Below are positions 61,149 to 64,000 of a DNA stretch of 64,000 bases, one piece after another. The position numbers were made by a program, and so were the translations under genes. The notes beneath the pieces were generated by a model, which was not told the DNA's origin, searched no databases, and saw only the letters and a program-made list of their open reading frames with translations. Numbering within the stretch: position 1 is the stretch's first letter; each line of letters opens with the position of its first letter. The stretch spans positions 65,720,001-65,784,000 of the forward strand of contig OZ360231.1 in NCBI GenBank assembly GCA_977017645.1, written 5' to 3'. This DNA comes from Torpedo marmorata. Lineage: Eukaryota.

Positions 61149-64000
61149 CTACAGCCGTCGAAAACAATGGACTCTTTGCCTTTTCTGGACTCTTTGCCTT
61201 TTCTGGACTCTTTGCTTTTTCTGGACTCTGCTTTTTCTGGACTCTTTGCCTTTTCTGCTGTAATATCTTCTTCGGTGGAAACTGGAATCTGGAGTCTGTC
61301 TTTCTAGATCAGCATCATCGTCATTAACCCAAAATGGCAAATTCTTCGGCTCATCTGTGCAAGATACTGGATCTTCCACGGCTCTCAGCTGGTCAATATG
61401 TCGTTTCCATATGTTAGAGTCTACTTGTATTGCATATGAGCAAGGGCTTAGCTTCTTAATGATAACACCTCTTATCCATGTTTCTTTATTATTTCTGTAA
61501 TCTCTTACCAACACTCTTTCACCCACTTCCAGAGATCGTGTTGGTTTAGTTGGTGAGGTGTCGTATTCAATACGACCGCTGATATCCGGATGCACTGCGG
61601 ATAGCCACGTTCGAATATTCCTACCAAACATTAATTCTGCTGGCGTTCTTTTAGTTGTTGAATGCGGTGTATTTCTGTATCCTGCCAGGAAATTTGCTAT
61701 TCTATGATTCCATGACAAGTTAAGCAATTTTCCTGCTTTCATTGCGTTTTTAAATGTTCGCACAAAACGTTCCGCTTCTCCATTAGTACTCGGGTGGTAC
61801 GGTGCTGAAAGTACATGGCGTATACCATTGTTACGCATGAACATTTTAAATACATCCGAAGTAAACTGAGGACCATTGTCTGATACTAATTCCACTGGTA
61901 ATCCAAATGATGCAAACATAGTTCTTAATTTTTCAATTGTTTGGAGGGTTGTTGTGGTACGCATATGTGAAACTACTGGCCATTTGGAATGTGCGTCGAC
62001 CACAATCAAGAAATTCTCCCCCATAAATGGACCTGCAAAATCAACATGAATTCTGTGCCATGGTCGAGATGGCCATTTCCATGGATTTGCCTCGGCCTGG
62101 GGAGCTTTAGGTTGCATATCTTGACAAATGCCACACCTTCGCACAGTTTGCTCAATATCCATATCCATTGATGGCCACCAAACATGCATTCGGGCTAACG
62201 CTTTCATGCGGACTATTCCCGGATGGTTATCATGCAGTTCTGCCAATATGTCTTTTTGCCATTTCCTGGGAATAATAGTCCTGGCCCCCCATAACAAACA
62301 ACTTTCTTCAATAGTTATTTCATTTCGTCGGATGTAGTAAGGTTTAAGTTCTGCGGAAACAGTGTCCCCTTCTGGCCATCCATTTAATGTAAAATACAAA
62401 ACCTTGGCCAGTGTTGGTTCATTTCTTACTTCTTTACTGATTATTTTGGCTGTGATGGGCAGATGGCGAAGCTGTTCTTGATTAATAGCTGTGGCCTCTG
62501 ATGTCCATTGAACTATCTCTTCTGCTTGACCTGTCTCCGGCAGAGGTAGGCGTGACAAGGCATCGGCATGTCCATTTTGTGTTGCTGGTTTATGTTTCAA
62601 CTCATAATCGTAAGCGGCAAGCATTATTGCCCATCTCTGGATTCTGGTTGCTGTCAATACTGGGATGCCTTTTTTAGATCCCAAAATAAAACTGAGTGGT
62701 TTGTTGTCCGTTACTAGTGTGAATTTCCTTCCATATAAATACTGGTGGAATCTTTTGATTCCGAATACTATGGCCAATCCTTCTTTTTCTAACTGTGCAT
62801 AATTTCGTTCACAAGCTGTCAAAGATCGAGATGCATACGCCACTGGTTGCTCTCCCTTTTCTGTTATTTGTGACAATACTGCTCCTAGACCCACCGGTGA
62901 GGCATCTACCGCCAAAGTTACTTCTCTGTTAGGATCATAGTGGACGAGTATATTATTGCTCATAGTTAATAGTTTCTTTAACTTGTTAAAGGCATCATTC
63001 GCTTTTGTACTCCAGTACCATTTTTGATCCTTTCTTAATAACTGGTTCAATGGGTTGCACACAGTAGACATGTCTGGAATATGTTTTCGATAATGGTTGA
63101 CTAACCCCAAAAACGATTGTAACTCTGCTTTGTTGGTTGGACAAGGCGCTTTTCGGACGGCTTCAGTACCTGCTGCATTCATTTGGACGCCTTCTTTATT
63201 AATGGTAAATCCTAAATAAGTTACTGAGGGCACCATAAATACACATTTGTCTTGACGCCGACGGACATTCGCTTGTTGTAGTCGTGTTAGGACTTTTTCC
63301 AGGTTTGTTAAATGTTCTGTATCATCTCGTCCTGTGATAATGATATCATCCAGATAGCAACCCACATTTAGTCCATGTAGTAATTTGTCCATGATTGATT
63401 GGAATATCGCAGGTGCAGCTGATATTCCATAGGGCATTCTGGTATATGTGAATAATCCCCGATGGGTATTAATTGCCACATATTTTTTTGATGTCTCATC
63501 TAATTTCACTTGTTGGTACGCTTGAGAAAGGTCCAACTTGGTGAATTTTTTTCCCCCATTTAGTGATTGGAATAAATCCTCGGCTCTGGGCATTGGGTGT
63601 TGTGGTATTTGCAGAGCCTGATTAATGGTGACTTTGTAATCCCCACAAATTCGAATCTCTCCGTTCGGTTTCCGAACGGGTACGATGGGTGCTGCCCAAT
63701 CACTGTATTGCAGTTTTTCAATGACTCCCTCTTTTTCTAATCTATTAAGTTCTGCGTCAATTTTTCCTTTTATCGCAAACGGTACTGTCCTTGGCTTATA
63801 AAACTTTGGTTCCGCCTCTGGTTTCAATTTCAATTGTGCCTCGACTCCTTTGATTTTCCCCAGATCTTTATTAAATAATGTCTGATACTTCTTCAGCACT
63901 TGTGATAACTTTGATTCATCTCCTGATTGAACTTTTAGCACTGATCCAATCTCCATCCAATCTAATGGAATATGTGATAGCCAGTTCCTTCCAAATAAGG
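61149..64000 (-). CDS. Gypsy (Mag-like) Pol: RT, RNase H and integrase, uninterrupted; continues beyond the window edge
   Basis: 935-aa ORF with RICGDYK, KLDLSQAY, PYGISAAP, YLDD, DAS...EKEGLA...TDNKPL, HHCC zinc finger, and VDFAGP / SDNGPQF / NGEAER DDE core. Confidence 0.95.
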   Translation of the reverse strand, partial: LFGRNWLSHIPLDWMEIGSVLKVQSGDESKLSQVLKKYQTLFNKDLGKIKGVEAQLKLKPEAEPKFYKPRTVPFAIKGKIDAELNRLEKEGVIEKLQYSDWAAPIVPVRKPNGEIRICGDYKVTINQALQIPQHPMPRAEDLFQSLNGGKKFTKLDLSQAYQQVKLDETSKKYVAINTHRGLFTYTRMPYGISAAPAIFQSIMDKLLHGLNVGCYLDDIIITGRDDTEHLTNLEKVLTRLQQANVRRRQDKCVFMVPSVTYLGFTINKEGVQMNAAGTEAVRKAPCPTNKAELQSFLGLVNHYRKHIPDMSTVCNPLNQLLRKDQKWYWSTKANDAFNKLKKLLTMSNNILVHYDPNREVTLAVDASPVGLGAVLSQITEKGEQPVAYASRSLTACERNYAQLEKEGLAIVFGIKRFHQYLYGRKFTLVTDNKPLSFILGSKKGIPVLTATRIQRWAIMLAAYDYELKHKPATQNGHADALSRLPLPETGQAEEIVQWTSEATAINQEQLRHLPITAKIISKEVRNEPTLAKVLYFTLNGWPEGDTVSAELKPYYIRRNEITIEESCLLWGARTIIPRKWQKDILAELHDNHPGIVRMKALARMHVWWPSMDMDIEQTVRRCGICQDMQPKAPQAEANPWKWPSRPWHRIHVDFAGPFMGENFLIVVDAHSKWPVVSHMRTTTTLQTIEKLRTMFASFGLPVELVSDNGPQFTSDVFKMFMRNNGIRHVLSAPYHPSTNGEAERFVRTFKNAMKAGKLLNLSWNHRIANFLAGYRNTPHSTTKRTPAELMFGRNIRTWLSAVHPDISGRIEYDTSPTKPTRSLEVGERVLVRDYRNNKETWIRGVIIKKLSPCSYAIQVDSNIWKRHIDQLRAVEDPVSCTDEPKNLPFWVNDDDADLERQTPDSSFHRRRYYSRKGKESRKSRVQKKQRVQKRQRVQKRQRVHCFRRL
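61167..61256. repeat. 18-bp tandem repeat CTGGACTCTTTGCCTTTT (about 5 copies) at the pol 3' end
   Basis: Direct inspection; encodes the QKRQRV repeats. Confidence 0.85.

Overview
Eukaryotic (vertebrate) genomic DNA, most likely from a cartilaginous fish, inferred from HE1/V-SINE-like SINEs and shark-type CR1 and Penelope-like families. The only host gene is DCAF6 (IQWD1) on the + strand. Eight coding exons (2-9) lie between 12744 and 43859, all with AG/GT boundaries and one continuous reading frame; exon 1 and exons 10 onward are outside the window. The introns are mostly nested transposable elements, many delimited by visible target-site duplications (TSDs): five L1 copies, CR1, Rex1/Babar, two Tx1 copies, Neptune-type Penelope-like elements (PLEs), a nested pair of Gmr1-like LTR retrotransposons plus a solo LTR, a young Mag-like Gypsy element with an open pol, a Tc1 element and several MITEs. 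The most interesting signals are: (1) 11 copies of a minimal hammerhead ribozyme motif with a fixed C3U change in PLE pseudo-LTRs (pLTRs), including ~165-bp fold-back mini-elements and a possible double hammerhead in DCAF6 intron 8; (2) a near full-length Tx1 LINE whose 5' end is a diverged U2 snRNA head at a non-U2 site; (3) a Gmr1-in-Gmr1 nest with near-complementary deletions and an in-frame Gag/L1-RT fusion ORF. All coordinates were read by eye and no database searches were run.
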